64,000 nt of DNA from Phoronis australis (taxonomy: Eukaryota > Animalia > Phoronida): NCBI GenBank assembly GCA_002633005.1, contig NMRA01000076.1:680564-744563 (forward strand), read 5' to 3'. The position numbers were made by a program, and so were the translations under genes. Below are positions 52,190 through 64,000 of the stretch, piece by piece (position 1 is the first letter of the stretch; each line of letters opens with the position of its first letter). Under the pieces are notes generated by a model. It saw nothing but the letters and a program-made list of their open reading frames with translations. It searched no databases and was not told the origin of the DNA.

Positions 52190-52372
52190 TATGAACCATA
52201 CGTTACACCCGGGAACGAAGCTGTTGTTCATCACATCGTGGTCTATGCATGTTATGGTGACGTCAACACAACTGGCGCTCATTTGTTTGAGGCTGAAAAA
52301 TGTGAATACATGCCAAACAACATCGCACCATCATGCATGTCAGCGTTATTTGCCTGGGCAGTTGGTGGTGAG
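52190..52372 (+). CDS. MOXD1: MOXD1-like copy C exon 5 (CuH His-His)
   Basis: tttcag|TAT; YEPYVTPGNEAVVHHIVVYAC...FAWAVGGE|GTTAGT. Confidence 0.92.
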
Positions 52373-54083
52373 GTTAGTGAAGAGTTCTGAACTTGCAATG
52401 AGAACTCGAAATACACTGGTTAGCTCTGGTGAAACAAGGCTCCCAGCCATTAAATTGCATACATTCAGGTAGTCATGTGGGGAGGAAGCAGTGTAACCTA
52501 GTATAGGTGCCCGCTTTCTCTCTCGAGTCCTACTGTGCCACACTTGAGTCAGGTCTCTAACTCCTCAGCTCGGTTTTAACTATATATTAATGAAGCACAA
52601 AAACGGTTGCAGGTGATCTGTGCAATGGGCCAATATTCGCGGCCTGCGCACGGCTGGTACAACGCCATACCGCCTGCGATTATTATGTATAGTCACATGG
52701 GATCCCCTACACTGATTGACTGCTTTCTGATCTCAATTTATTCAGACATGAAAGGATGGTACCTTCTTTATTAGTAGCACTTGACCAATTTATTCGTTAC
52801 TTCAAATCCTTTTCTGTCATTATCTTTTAAAAGTTACCATGGAAACAAAGTGAAAGGACAAACGGTTATTCAAATTCATAATTTTGATTTTAAGATTTAA
52901 TGTCTGTAATTTGGGACTATAAAACAAAATAAGAACCATCGATGTCAAAGTATTGAACAAATCTTCCAGACTGCAGGACAGTAGTGGTCAAAGCACTGCA
53001 CTATTTGCATGTAGTAAGCTGAGGTGCTCTGAGTCTACTTGCAGTATTAAGGGTTTTTCGTGCGTACGGAGACATGTGTTTCATAGAGAGTGGCTAGGGT
53101 TCTGCACCGTGGTAACAGTTGAACTATCCGTGGTGGTGATTTGAAGAAAACAGAGAATTGATGTTGAATACAAGGCTGCGTTCCGTGAACCTCAAGACAT
53201 TAGCTTACATATGCGGCCAAAACCTTCGCTTATGGAGCGGAACCAGTAAATTAAATCCCACAATTCAACATTCCAACTTCACTGACCAATGATTTATATC
53301 AGTAGCAGCCATTTTGCTAGTATAGGTGACAATCAACAGTTTTTGTTGGTTTTGTGCTTGAAAAACCAGGTCGCGTCGTCTTCACCTTTATGTTCCCCAG
53401 GATGTACAAAACCTGGAAATATGAACAGTATGCTGGACTTCAAAACCTTGCACAAAGTCTACTGAAAATGATTCCAGGGTCAAAAAAGCTTCCATCTTTT
53501 ACCACTAGCACAAGTGCAGTGGGCGACTTGAAGAAAACAAAGATACATGGAGTCACCGTTCGCTTGCAATTGCTATATACTGAGAAGCAATGCATTCAGT
53601 ACTGCCAAAATCCTCCACATCACAGAAATCAAATGAAAAGTGGGTGTCGACCAGATAAACATCCAAGTGTCTAAACGACACCTGAATTTCCTACCAGCAG
53701 TAACTAGTTTCATGAAAACGAGGACGGATCAAGGAGTGGGTCAAGGGGTCAACAACTAGCATTCGTTCAATCAGAACAGACTCAAAAGTCAAGCATGTGT
53801 CAGTCGTGGCCTTCTCATGCAGCACAAAATTTGAAACTGAACGCAGTCGATAAAGCAGGCGTAAAATTTTTAATGAAACTAGGGTGCTAAATTCAACGTA
53901 ACTCCAAAACTACCATAGGCAAGTAAGCGCTCAGTCCTAGTCGCAAAACATTTGCCTTTCATTCCTTGTTTTAACGAGGTTTTGCGACGTCTAGCTTTTT
54001 TCTCAGGACATTTGGTGCACTGAACGCTACCTTGTTTGTGTGTAGTGACGTAGCTCCATATCGTTATCCTGTTACTTTTTCAG

Positions 54084-54186
54084 ACGTTTTATTATCCTGA
54101 GAATACGGGACTTCCGTTTGGAGATGACCAACAGCCTAAGTTTCTGCTTCTGGAAATTCATTATGATAATCCGTCAAGACGAGCTG
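54084..54186 (+). CDS. MOXD1: MOXD1-like copy C exon 6
   Basis: tttcag|ACG; TFYYPENTGLPFG...LEIHYDNPSRRA G|GTAGGT. Confidence 0.92.
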
Positions 54187-54636
54187 GTAGGTAAAGCGAA
54201 TAATACTTGCGTACCCAGAAGTAGTAAGCATGGCCACAAACGTGATGGGTAAACTGAGCAAAAATGCGTAATGAATGATAGTTAAATTTTCTGCTTAGAA
54301 CACCGTCCCACATTCTACATCAGGGGAGAGGTCGTACTTGCTTTGACGTTACTTTCATAATACGACAGGGTGGAAAGTGTTCCAGGTTGATTATTTTACC
54401 AAACATGAAATAGATTTTGTGGCACCAAGTTCTATGACTAGAATTGTCTCTCATTAGGATAGCTTTAGTATTTGGCAATTCAAATACTAAAACGAAATGT
54501 TCATGTTATTCATTTTATATTCTAGCATTGCTCGCGTTTTCCGTCTGAAACAGTTGTTTTACTTACACGTCGTGCAAATTGTACTGACATCTTTACAAAG
54601 TTCATTGTTATCCATTCGTCTCTATTTCCATTGTAG

Positions 54637-54803
54637 ATTGGATTGATTCCTCTGGACTTAAGTTAACGCTTACACCAACTTTGCGCGCCGATGACGCCGG
54701 CATGCTAATCGTCGGTCCTAGTATTCATGAAGGACAGATGATACCACCCGGCCAATCGTCATTCACGACATACGGCTACTGCAACAGTGAATGTACAAAG
54801 GAG
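54637..54803 (+). CDS. MOXD1: MOXD1-like copy C exon 7
   Basis: ttgtag|AT; DWIDSSGLKLTLTPTLRADDAGMLIVG...IPPG...CNSECTKE|GTAATA. Confidence 0.92.
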
Positions 54804-55193
54804 GTAATAAAAGAAAAATGTGTCTTGCTTATGTTTCTCTTTCCTTGTAATCTCTTGAAATAAATGTACTTGCCCGCAAAAGGTATAAAACCGACCACTT
54901 TTGTCTAGCTGGAATGTAGAACCTGTTTAGTGTGGTTCACAATGTATGGTGGGTCCGTATCAAGCTGTCAAAAGTCAAGGCAATTATCATTGGAAACATT
55001 ATTTGGTCCTTGTTTCATTTTTGTTCTAAATGGCAGTTTAATTGAAATTCAGAACAAGATTAAACCACACATCTTCCGTTTTCAAGGTTTGTCAACCACC
55101 TGTGGAGTTGTCGTTTCTTGAAGAAAGCAACAATAGCTTTTTTGACGCTAACTTCATCAGGCCACAGTTTGTATGGCAATTTAATTCTTTCAG

Positions 55194-55442
55194 GGTTTGG
55201 CTAAAAATCCCAATGGAATCAAAATATTCGCTGGAATGTTACACGCTCACTTATTGGGCCGGAAGCTACGTTTACGTCACATCCGGAATGGGAAGGAACT
55301 CGAGCCAATGTTCGAGGACAACAACTACGACTTTAACTATCAGGAGATGGTTACTAGGCGTTCTGAGGCGTCTTTACTAGCGGGAGATGAAATGCAAATG
55401 GAATGCAACCTGAACTCGCAAGGAAAAACAAATATTACGCGT
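55194..55442 (+). CDS. MOXD1: MOXD1-like copy C exon 8 (CuM HxH)
   Basis: tttcag|GGT; GMLHAHLLGRK...YDFNYQE...GDEMQMEC...ITR|GTATGT. Confidence 0.93.
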
Positions 55443-56060
55443 GTATGTACAATACTTTACAACATAATTTTGATTTATTCTCATTGTTCAGCAACAAAAA
55501 TGTTGAAATATGTTTACTTGTATTTCATTACTGATGCATAGTTGTACGACGAAGGTCTCTACTACACAAAAAAGCCTAACCAATTTTTGTGCCTTTTGAT
55601 TCTGTAAATCCATTGAATGCGCATTTTGAAATACAAGTAGTTAAATTTTGTCTGAAATATTATAACGATGGTCATCAGGATAGGAAGACTTAATAAACGG
55701 CAATAAACCCGGCTTTGACCGTCAAAAATAACTTTTGATTAAGAGAACTTTAGAAAAGTTGGTCTCAAATAGCTCATTACTCATAGTGATTTCCACGCTA
55801 TGTAGGAACAGACATTTTAGTATTGCTTTATACTATTTTCGTCGCATGAGGTGACAACGTGACAAGTGATTATCGAGCCTGATTTCAAGCAAAGGCGAAC
55901 TCGCAGTTATCCCCACGCGCCTGAGTCGCTTCTGATTTTAATAAAACTAAGCAAGTTAATGCCAGACCCATGTCATAACGGTATGTCGCCTGAATCAAAA
56001 GTTATTTTTGACGGATGTCTTGTTTATAGACAAATGTTGTTTCCTGTTGGTCTTTTCTAG

Positions 56061-56203
56061 GGAGGCTTGGCAACAGACGACGAGATGTGTTTGGTGTTTC
56101 TGCTGTATTACCCAAGAACCCAACTAACCGGATGTTACAGTTACACTCCTGGCTACACGCCATACTTAAATGAAAAGAAGATTAATTACACTTATATTGA
56201 TCA
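56061..56203 (+). CDS. MOXD1: MOXD1-like copy C exon 9 (CuM Met)
   Basis: ttctag|GGA; GGLATDDEMCLVFLLYYPR...YTYID CA|GTAAGT. Confidence 0.92.
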
Positions 56204-57430
56204 GTAAGTTACGATGGCACTTTTGCAGTGGGTATCACGTGATCTCCCGAATGTAAAATTCGTTTGCTAATCTCACAGTGTTCCGTCTGTATGCTACGAA
56301 TTCAAGAAAGACTCTCATATTTCTTGGAGGTTTCATTAACTCAATATAATCTAGTAGTGTTTGTAAAGATAGAACAAACAGTTGAAGGTTACTGGGTACA
56401 AACTTTTCAGGTCGCAAAATAATTTTATTGTGAAGTTACTTTGTTTAACATTTTCAAGTTTACCTTTGCAGCTTTGTACGCGAACTAAAGCATTACAGAA
56501 GTACATGGTAACTGGAGAATAAACTTGTTCCCAAAAGGAACGAGACTCAAAATTATACATACGTCAATAGAGCAATTTACACTTTTACAGAGTTGGTTAC
56601 GCGTTGGAAACTGGAAGTGCCAAATATTATTTACTTGTCTTCTGCAGTGCCGCGAGAGGTTCCTTTAAAATTAGGAACCAACAGTATAGGTTTCTAGTTA
56701 TCAAGAACAAAAGTAAATTGCGTAATATTTCAAATGAATCGATAAGGTAGAAAGATGACGGTTAATGGGGCTTTGTTGTTTTGGTAAACTGATCGTTTGC
56801 CAAACTTGAGCTTAAAATGATGATTGACTGCAGCGCCGCTTGGAGGCGTTGTGAAGCAGCGCCAACATTTACCATGTTACAGTCTCTATTTTTGAATAGT
56901 TTTTAACCATTCGTTTATGTCCATTTCAATGGATTTGATGTAATTTGAATGCCATTTGTTTTACGATCCTTAAAGTGCTGTTCGCAATTATCGGCATTTT
57001 CACGAGCGTACAAACCGTGCAATTTTCCCGACACCCCTCCGTCTCCCTGAAAGCTTACAGAAATGGCGATATTTTTATGAGGTCTGTGTTTTGTGTCTGT
57101 TCAATTGCAAGTGTGATTCAAGGTTATATGCCAGTGTTGGTTTGTGAACTAACGCGGTAGAAAAGCAAAACATTAGTTTCAAACAATTCTCCGTGTTTTT
57201 TGCCTAGTTGAATCTTGAGAAGATTTCTGCTCTTGGTTGTTTCGTCACGTTTTACGATGCAAAAAAGTGCTTTAAACGTTGACATCTGTAATTTGAAATC
57301 ACCATTTTTGGCGTCAAAACTGTACACTAACAGCAACCCCCGACCCTAGCCCTGAAAAGAGTACGGTTTTTGCACTCGCGAAAAGGCGATGCTTATGAAC
57401 AGTCCCTTATTCGGTTCCTGTTACTTGAAG

Positions 57431-57590
57431 CAATGATGTGAAGATCACAAGTGGTCAGTACGCAGGTCAGAAAGCTTCCGTCGCATTTGAAAAATTCACG
57501 TGGAACGAGGAAAATGCACGTTTACTGGAATCCACAACTAAAGAGAGTTCCTACGCCGCAGTTTGCATGATTGGCGGGACATTTCTTAAC
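57431..57590 (+). CDS. MOXD1: MOXD1-like copy C exon 10
   Basis: ttgaag|C; NDVKITSGQYAG...FTWNEENARLLE...AVCMIGGTFLN|GTAAGT. Confidence 0.82.
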
Positions 57591-58914
57591 GTAAGTATTA
57601 CGTTCTGTTCAAACCAAATCTATACTCAAAGAAAAAATAACGCAGGTGGTTGCTGTTGAGACCAAAGTCGGACTTCTAGCCTATTCTCTCAAGCCCATTG
57701 CAAATAGGTGCAGTCTTATTATGGGCGTTTTCGACTAAACAGAGCAGCTACAAGAATAGAAAACCACGTTATGCTCCCGTCTTCCTTCACTGTATTCGAT
57801 TGAAGTCGAGTAAAAGATGGTAAAGGGTATAATTCTTGAAAACTGCGTTTATACGGAGTCCACGAAGAAATAACCAAGTAAATGAAAAATATCAACTATT
57901 TTGATGTGTTTTGAACAAATTCTATATAATTATCCCTCAAGGGGGTTTAATTTGAGAGTTCGAATCGAGACGTCCAATTACGGAAAATTAAAGGGTGTTT
58001 TTTTTAAATATTTTATCTTTAAAATTTTTGAAAACACGCCATCTCTTCTTGTGGTATATCAGAAACTTCAGCTGTCCAATAGTCCCAATGAAAGGGTTAG
58101 GTTAATAAGCTTACTAATGACGGTTCTATAGTGTCATAGAGGAGATCTAAGCACAATTTCCAAAGGAAAGTGACGTCGTTCCTCTAAAAGTGCTTGCTGT
58201 TGGCGTTTTTGTCGTGACGGTGGAGGAGGATTCTTCCAAAATCATAAAGGATAATCCCTACAAGAAGGAAGTATTGCTTGATCAAACCCCACGAAATGTG
58301 GCTTTTTCATTGAAGCTTTCTGCACGCGGAACTGTCAAATTTTCAAGTTCACTCTGTAAATGGCTGGGTGTAATAAACTTTCAGCTGCCCCCCCATTAAT
58401 ATATAGTCGAGTCGAGTATATCTACACGTTTTTAGACGATCCTCTAGTAACTGTTGTGGTCGTCAACGAAATAGTCTGTGTCTGAATTAGTTCGAAATTA
58501 GTTCGAAAATCTTGAGACCGGCCGTGGTCGTCTGTTCCCTCACTTAATTAATTTTTCCATTCAGGACCGTGATTAACCGGGAGGCACCCTAACTCACCGC
58601 AACGTACCCTGACAGTTTAACTTAGACTGGGCGCATAGATATGTCCTGACTTACCGTTTGGAAATACGTCCCTTTGACTGTGTAGTCTCGGATATCTAGA
58701 TTCAATGTTTCGCCGAGTCTGCTGGGCCCATGTTAGTTTGCAAAGCCGGGCTGATAACAATGTGACACCTTAAACTATTTCCCCCAAATGCTGTGTAACC
58801 ATTTATTTATGCACATTAGACAAGACTTTCCAAGTATTGATTCACTGCGCCAATGAGCATACTATGATATTCCTATTCAACAACTAAAAGTTCACATTTA
58901 CTGACTTGCTACAG

Positions 58915-59100
58915 ATGACGAAGCCTTGGGGAACATATCCCGCACCTCTCACCATCAGCACCCCCTACCGACCACCTGCCAGACAATGTGTTCAACGCAC
59001 CGCGACAACGCCAGGAGCCGTAAACGTCGGTGTTTCGTCGCTTGCAACGCTTACCCTGCTTATACATGCGGTTCTTGCATGTTTGGTGATTGGTTTTTAA
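58915..59100 (+). CDS. MOXD1: MOXD1-like copy C exon 11 (terminal)
   Basis: ctacag|ATG; MTKPWGTYPAPLTISTPYRPPARQC...LLIHAVLACLVIGF*. Confidence 0.87.
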   Translation: MTKPWGTYPAPLTISTPYRPPARQCVQRTATTPGAVNVGVSSLATLTLLIHAVLACLVIGF

Positions 59101-60484
59101 CATGGATGACAGTTTGCCGTGGTATATACTACTCGGCGATACTTTCCAAAAGGATACATATAAGCCGGACATCATCGGCATGTCTGTGCAAACATCCAAA
59201 TATCGAAAAACTGTGAATTAACTGATTGTAAAAGTGAATATCTTCTGAGAATAGAAAGCGTGTAGACTTTGATTTTCAATTGAATTCGTCCTTTTAGTAA
59301 TGTAAGTCAAAAAAGGAAGTTACATTAATACCAAAAGTAGGTTATTAAGTGTACAGAAATTTTTATTTGATACATGTACAAATGCTCAAAACAAAGTCTA
59401 AACAATAATGATGCAGATTTCTAAAATGTCGTTTCGCTTGCGTTTTATGCTACTTTTGTTTTTTCATACAATTAAGTGTTATTTTTGATTGACAGCCTTT
59501 CATGTAAAAGAAGAACAATTTAAGAAGCAATTCCTTGCAGAATTTTGGAAAGAACTGTAAATAAAACATAGTTTGTAAAGTTTCGCGTGAATCTGATCAA
59601 CCATTACTGACGGACATGATGTTTTGAAGTTAGGAAACTGATTTGGACATTTTTCTAAGATCCTACTGACATATGTAACGAGGGAGTTGCCTGAAAATAA
59701 ATCATTGGCTGCTTGAAAATATTCAGTCTTTTCATTATCCAACACTTGCATAGGAAGGATCAGTACCGGATTAAGCTAATTACGCTACAGCTTGGGGCCC
59801 CGCGCAAAATAGGGTCCCATATCGTCAAAAGTTGTGGGGATGTGGAAAGCAGGGGAAATCCATTAAGCTAAAAAAGATGCGCCTTAGATTTTCGCGCGAG
59901 ATAATAGCCTCACCTCGTCACAATGGACTTTCATACGTCGTGGCGACAGAAAGACTAAGGTGAAAAATTGTGACGACCTTGTACTCTTCGAAAGTATTGG
60001 CTTCAGCTGGGTAGAGATACGCATCGTGCAACAACTGTTATAATTGTTATAATTACGTGTTCCAAAGAAAGTTCGTGAATACAAACAACTCGTGAATAGC
60101 GTTAGTCAAGATTGCCACGGATAAGCTAATCATGAACTTATGGGTTACAAAGTGGGACATATCGTGTCACGCTTGAAGACAGCGACAGCCATTTAGCGCT
60201 TGGGTCTTTGCTGATGGTATGACTTACCTATCCATGAGACAAGGTTCCAGTAGGGACTAGCTAATGTCAATGTCCTCTGACTCATGGTTCATCAAAAAAC
60301 GAATTGTGGCCCCTCCAAGAAGAGCACACAGTGGTCACCTCAACCACAAACGTTTAAAACAACGTTGACAACACCTCTATAAGGTCAGTTTCCGCATAAT
60401 ATAGCGCTGGTGTTAATTTGTAGTGAATGCACAACACTAAGGCAAACCTTATTCTAGAGCCTGTATTTGCATCTTCCTGTCATA

Positions 60485-61392
60485 TGCATCTTCTATCGAC
60501 TATGCCAAGGCATTTGAAAGGGTCCACCACGTACAGACGATAGAATGCCTAGGAAAGATCGGTATTGACGGCAGAGACATACGAATTATAACAAACATGT
60601 ACTGGGACCAAAAATCAGCCATCAGAATTCAGAACGAGCTTTCTCTACACACGTCAATCAAAAGTGGAGTCAGACAAGGTTGTGTTTTGTCGTCATATCT
60701 TTTTAACATCTACACTGAATTCGTATTGCGAGAGAGCAGCAGTATGAAGGATGTCATTGTTGGCGGCAGAAATCTAAATAATTTGAGATATGCAGATGAC
60801 ACAGTCCTTATGGCCAATAATGAACAGCACCTGCAACAACTTGTCAACATCGTTAACAAAAGCAGCAGCAAAATGGACCGGATATGAACATTAAGAAAAC
60901 AAAAGTGATCGTGTTGTCAAAAGAGGATGGTCTCAAGGCAAACATAGAGATCAATGAAAAGAAACTGGAGCAAGTAGGGCATTTTAAATATCTAGGTCAA
61001 CGTGTCACACAAGATGGCAGAAGTGATGAAGAAACAAATATACGCAACGGAATGGCAAAATCCGGTCAAGATTCATCTCTATGGCAAGAGTGTTTTATGG
61101 ATCTGAGACATGGATAATGACTAAAAACCTGGAGAAAAAAGTAGAGGCCTTTGAAATGTGGACATTCAGACGGATTATACTGAAATTCTTTGGTCACATT
61201 GGCATCGTCTGCAAGAACATACTGAAGGAAAAACAGAGGGGGTGAGAGCAAGAGGTAGACAACGCAAAATGTGGATGGAAGACATCAAAGACTGGACGAA
61301 TCTATCACTGCAAGAATGTACCAGAAAGGCAAAGAGCAGAGCAGAATGGCGGATCATTTCAAGTGGACCTCTAAGGAGATGACACGACATGT
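60485..61392 (+). mobile_element. 5'-truncated RTE-clade LINE fragment
   Basis: IDYAKAF, GVRQGCVLS, NNLRYADDTVL, MNIKKTKV, FKYLG, EG.RARGRQRK.W.EDIK.W; empty site CATCTTCCTCTCATACTGCTT in paralogous spacers (~30671, ~33721). Confidence 0.88.
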
Positions 61393-61601
61393 ATACTGCT
61401 TAAAGAATATGCAGCTGTTAGACTCCAAATAATTGATTATGTACAGAACAAACAAAGCAAAGGAATAAACAACGATGAATTGTCTCCATCCTTGTTTAAA
61501 ATGCACAAATAACAAAAACAGAGGAGTCAACGCCGTAACTTTCCAATTAATAATGTCAATACAGTTTAAAAGCTGGCTACATTTTAGCGAAACCTGGCTT
61601 G

Positions 61602-61741
61602 CGTTCAGTAACGCTGGGATCTACGCCAGGACCTAGCTAAAATCTAACCAAAGTCAATTGTTCTCATTTGAAATACACGGCAATCTCTCACGTAATCTCG
61701 CAAAATCTTGCTTGTTAGCGAGGTCCTAGCGTTACTGAACG
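61602..61741. mobile_element. ~140-bp MITE, copy 2
   Basis: Same TIR and internal sequence as 11976-12127; absent from paralogous spacer (~33945-33980). Confidence 0.78.
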
Positions 61742-63372
61742 GGAGGTGGGAGGGTTTGCTAAGCTACTTCAATATCCACATCCGCCAAGTAAGGAACATT
61801 GTTCACAGTTCTCAACAAGGCTTTCATCTCTAGCTCTTTCTTACATTACTGCTTTTCAGTGTTTAGGTTGTATGATTTCAATTTCTCTGGTAAACTTCTC
61901 AATACTCTTCTATTGGAGTTCACGGGAAAACAGAATAGCCTCGAAATAAGAAATCTCAGGAAGTACAATGTTTAGTTTGAAGACTCACAACTTCACCAGC
62001 ATCAGCTGAATATGATCAGCACTTCGTTTATGTTATGTGGGGATACGTAGGAGTTGTGTGGTAAAAGTTGGGACGTCATCATTGAAAACTTGATATCTAA
62101 TGAACGTATCACCGAAGTAAATCCAAAACACAAAGAACACCCTTCAACATGATATCACCTTAAAGGACAACTCGCTGGACATTGACGCAAATTGCTGCAT
62201 GGGACGTCGCAAGGCTTATCTTGCCGAGCAAAAGGTGGGACCAATCTTCAATAAGCCACTGGCTTACTAGGGGTCGATCCTCTCTTATCAAATGTAGAGA
62301 TGTTGTAAGTTGTTATTTTTACATAATCCATGGTGACCTTATTCACGACAAGTTCGATGACTTCTTGCAAGATGTCGTGCTTAAATTTCCGGAGCAACTT
62401 CGTCAAAACATAGTTTTATTTCTTTAAATTTGTTCGATAGAGAGTCTTTAAATCGATCGAAAGATTTTATTTAAGTATATCTATGTGGAATGGTGTACAG
62501 CTATTATAGTCACGGTTGTTCCAAGGTTATTGGCCTTCGCGTAATAACTCACTGTAAGGGCGAAACTACATGTAATAGTCCACTTTGCCAACGATTGGTT
62601 TCTTAAAATCCCTCTGGTTGTGAGCAGAACAATTGGCCAACGTTAAGAACTCGTACATGTATCTGTACTGTTCTATTGGCCTATGTGAAAAAATCTCACA
62701 TTTCATGAGAGCAAGTTTTTATATTTTGCTCGACTAGCAATCCCTCCACTTTTCCGCTAGTTTCGTCCCTGCAACTGCGTTGTTTTCTAGTTCTTATTGT
62801 TGAGCTTAAACTTGAGTAGTTTCATATTGTGGGATATCTTTATGGTGAAACATTCGATAACGGCAGCTAGAATATTCCACTAACACAACTTACGTTGTTG
62901 TGACAATTTGGGCCCTTGCGAAAATTTGGTACTGCACTATAGTACACAAGCAAAAATGTTTGTGATAATTTGGGACAAATGAATTTGGGTCTGCATCGCT
63001 GACACAAATTGACACAAAAAACACATTCACTTGGCTTACATACAATACCTAGTCAAAAAATGCCCCCAAGCCTGGCCTACCCCTAGATTTTAATATTTTG
63101 GGAGTGCAGACTGGACGAGGCCGCAGTCTTAACTGTTCAGTGCCACCTTACATGAAACAGTTCCTAATAGGGACTTAACCAAGGTCCCTAAATCTAATGC
63201 GTGTTTGGCGGGAGACTTCAAAATGAAGAGCTTTTATCCTTTATCTGTCCTGGCAAAAGATCGAATGATATCACGCGATGGTGATAAAATAAATTGCTTA
63301 AACGAAAAGCAAACAAATTTTCAAACAAAATGAAGTGCGTCATGAATTTGTGCAAGTCAGAAGGATACAGTG

Positions 63373-63651
63373 ATGTCGGCGAGTTTAGTTTTCATCGCTT
63401 TCTTGTTGGCTATTACACCCGATGGGTATTGCCTACACAATACAACAAGCGGAGAGTCGTTCACACACAAGGCAGTTTTGAGTGAAGACGTATACGAGGT
63501 GTTCTGGAAGTATGATTCATCAAAAATCACATTCGAAGTAGAAGTCGCAACAACAGGATGGATTGGCTTTGGACTGTCGCCAAACGGAGGAATGGCGGGA
63601 TCGGATATTGTCATCGGAGGCGTCAATGGTGACGGAAAGTGGTATTTCACG
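63373..63651 (+). CDS. MOXD1: MOXD1-like copy D exon 1 (gene continues beyond window)
   Basis: MSASLVFIAFLLAITPDGYC signal-like peptide; DOMON motif; ACG|GTAAGA; flanks homologous to those of copy C. Confidence 0.9.
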
Positions 63652-64000
63652 GTAAGATTGCATAAGAAACGTAGAGATCCTACGAATATTGGTACATAGG
63701 CACAAATAGGGACGACTGTCACTACAAAGCCGAGGTATGTTGCAATCCGTCGAGTTGTCGCAATGGCGACATAACTCAACGCATTACATGTATGTTGAAA
63801 TTTCTCAACTGCGACAAAACTTGCTCTTCTCCATATTTTCAGAAAAGAAACATGCCATCATATCGCAAAATCTTAGTGACTCATGTCACTAACGTATCCT
63901 GCATGTGCTCAAAACTAACAAAATAGTCGCTCTTTCTTAAATTAGTTCAAACACATATTAAATTAAACATTCAAACTTGTCTTCATTTCTCAATTCTAGA

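Overview
AT-rich metazoan genomic DNA, probably from an invertebrate. The + strand carries a head-to-tail tandem array of at least four intron-rich DBH-like/MOXD1-family copper monooxygenase genes. Copy A shows only its last exon (2391-2579). Copy B is complete with 11 exons (9820-30196, about 624 aa). Copy C shows 10 of 11 exons (41486-59100; exon 3 not found). Copy D shows only exon 1 (63373-63651). B and C keep the signal peptide, DOMON domain (only its first part in C), all CuH/CuM ligands (HH, H, HxH, M) and a hydrophobic GPI-like tail. Introns and spacers hold degenerate, often nested transposons: a Tx1/L1-like LINE with a Tc1/mariner-type insert, a TTAA-flanked Kolobok-type element (THAP plus P2X7-ballast-like remnant) interrupted by a foldback element with 21-bp arrays, a P-type element with 31-bp TIRs, an Academ-type element containing a Helitron, RTE and CR1-like LINE fragments, and MITEs. 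Three single N characters (23105, 33166, 43291) mark contig joins. Two of them are flanked by near-identical duplications that are probably uncollapsed haplotypes. All exon boundaries and family calls were read by eye; no database search was run.
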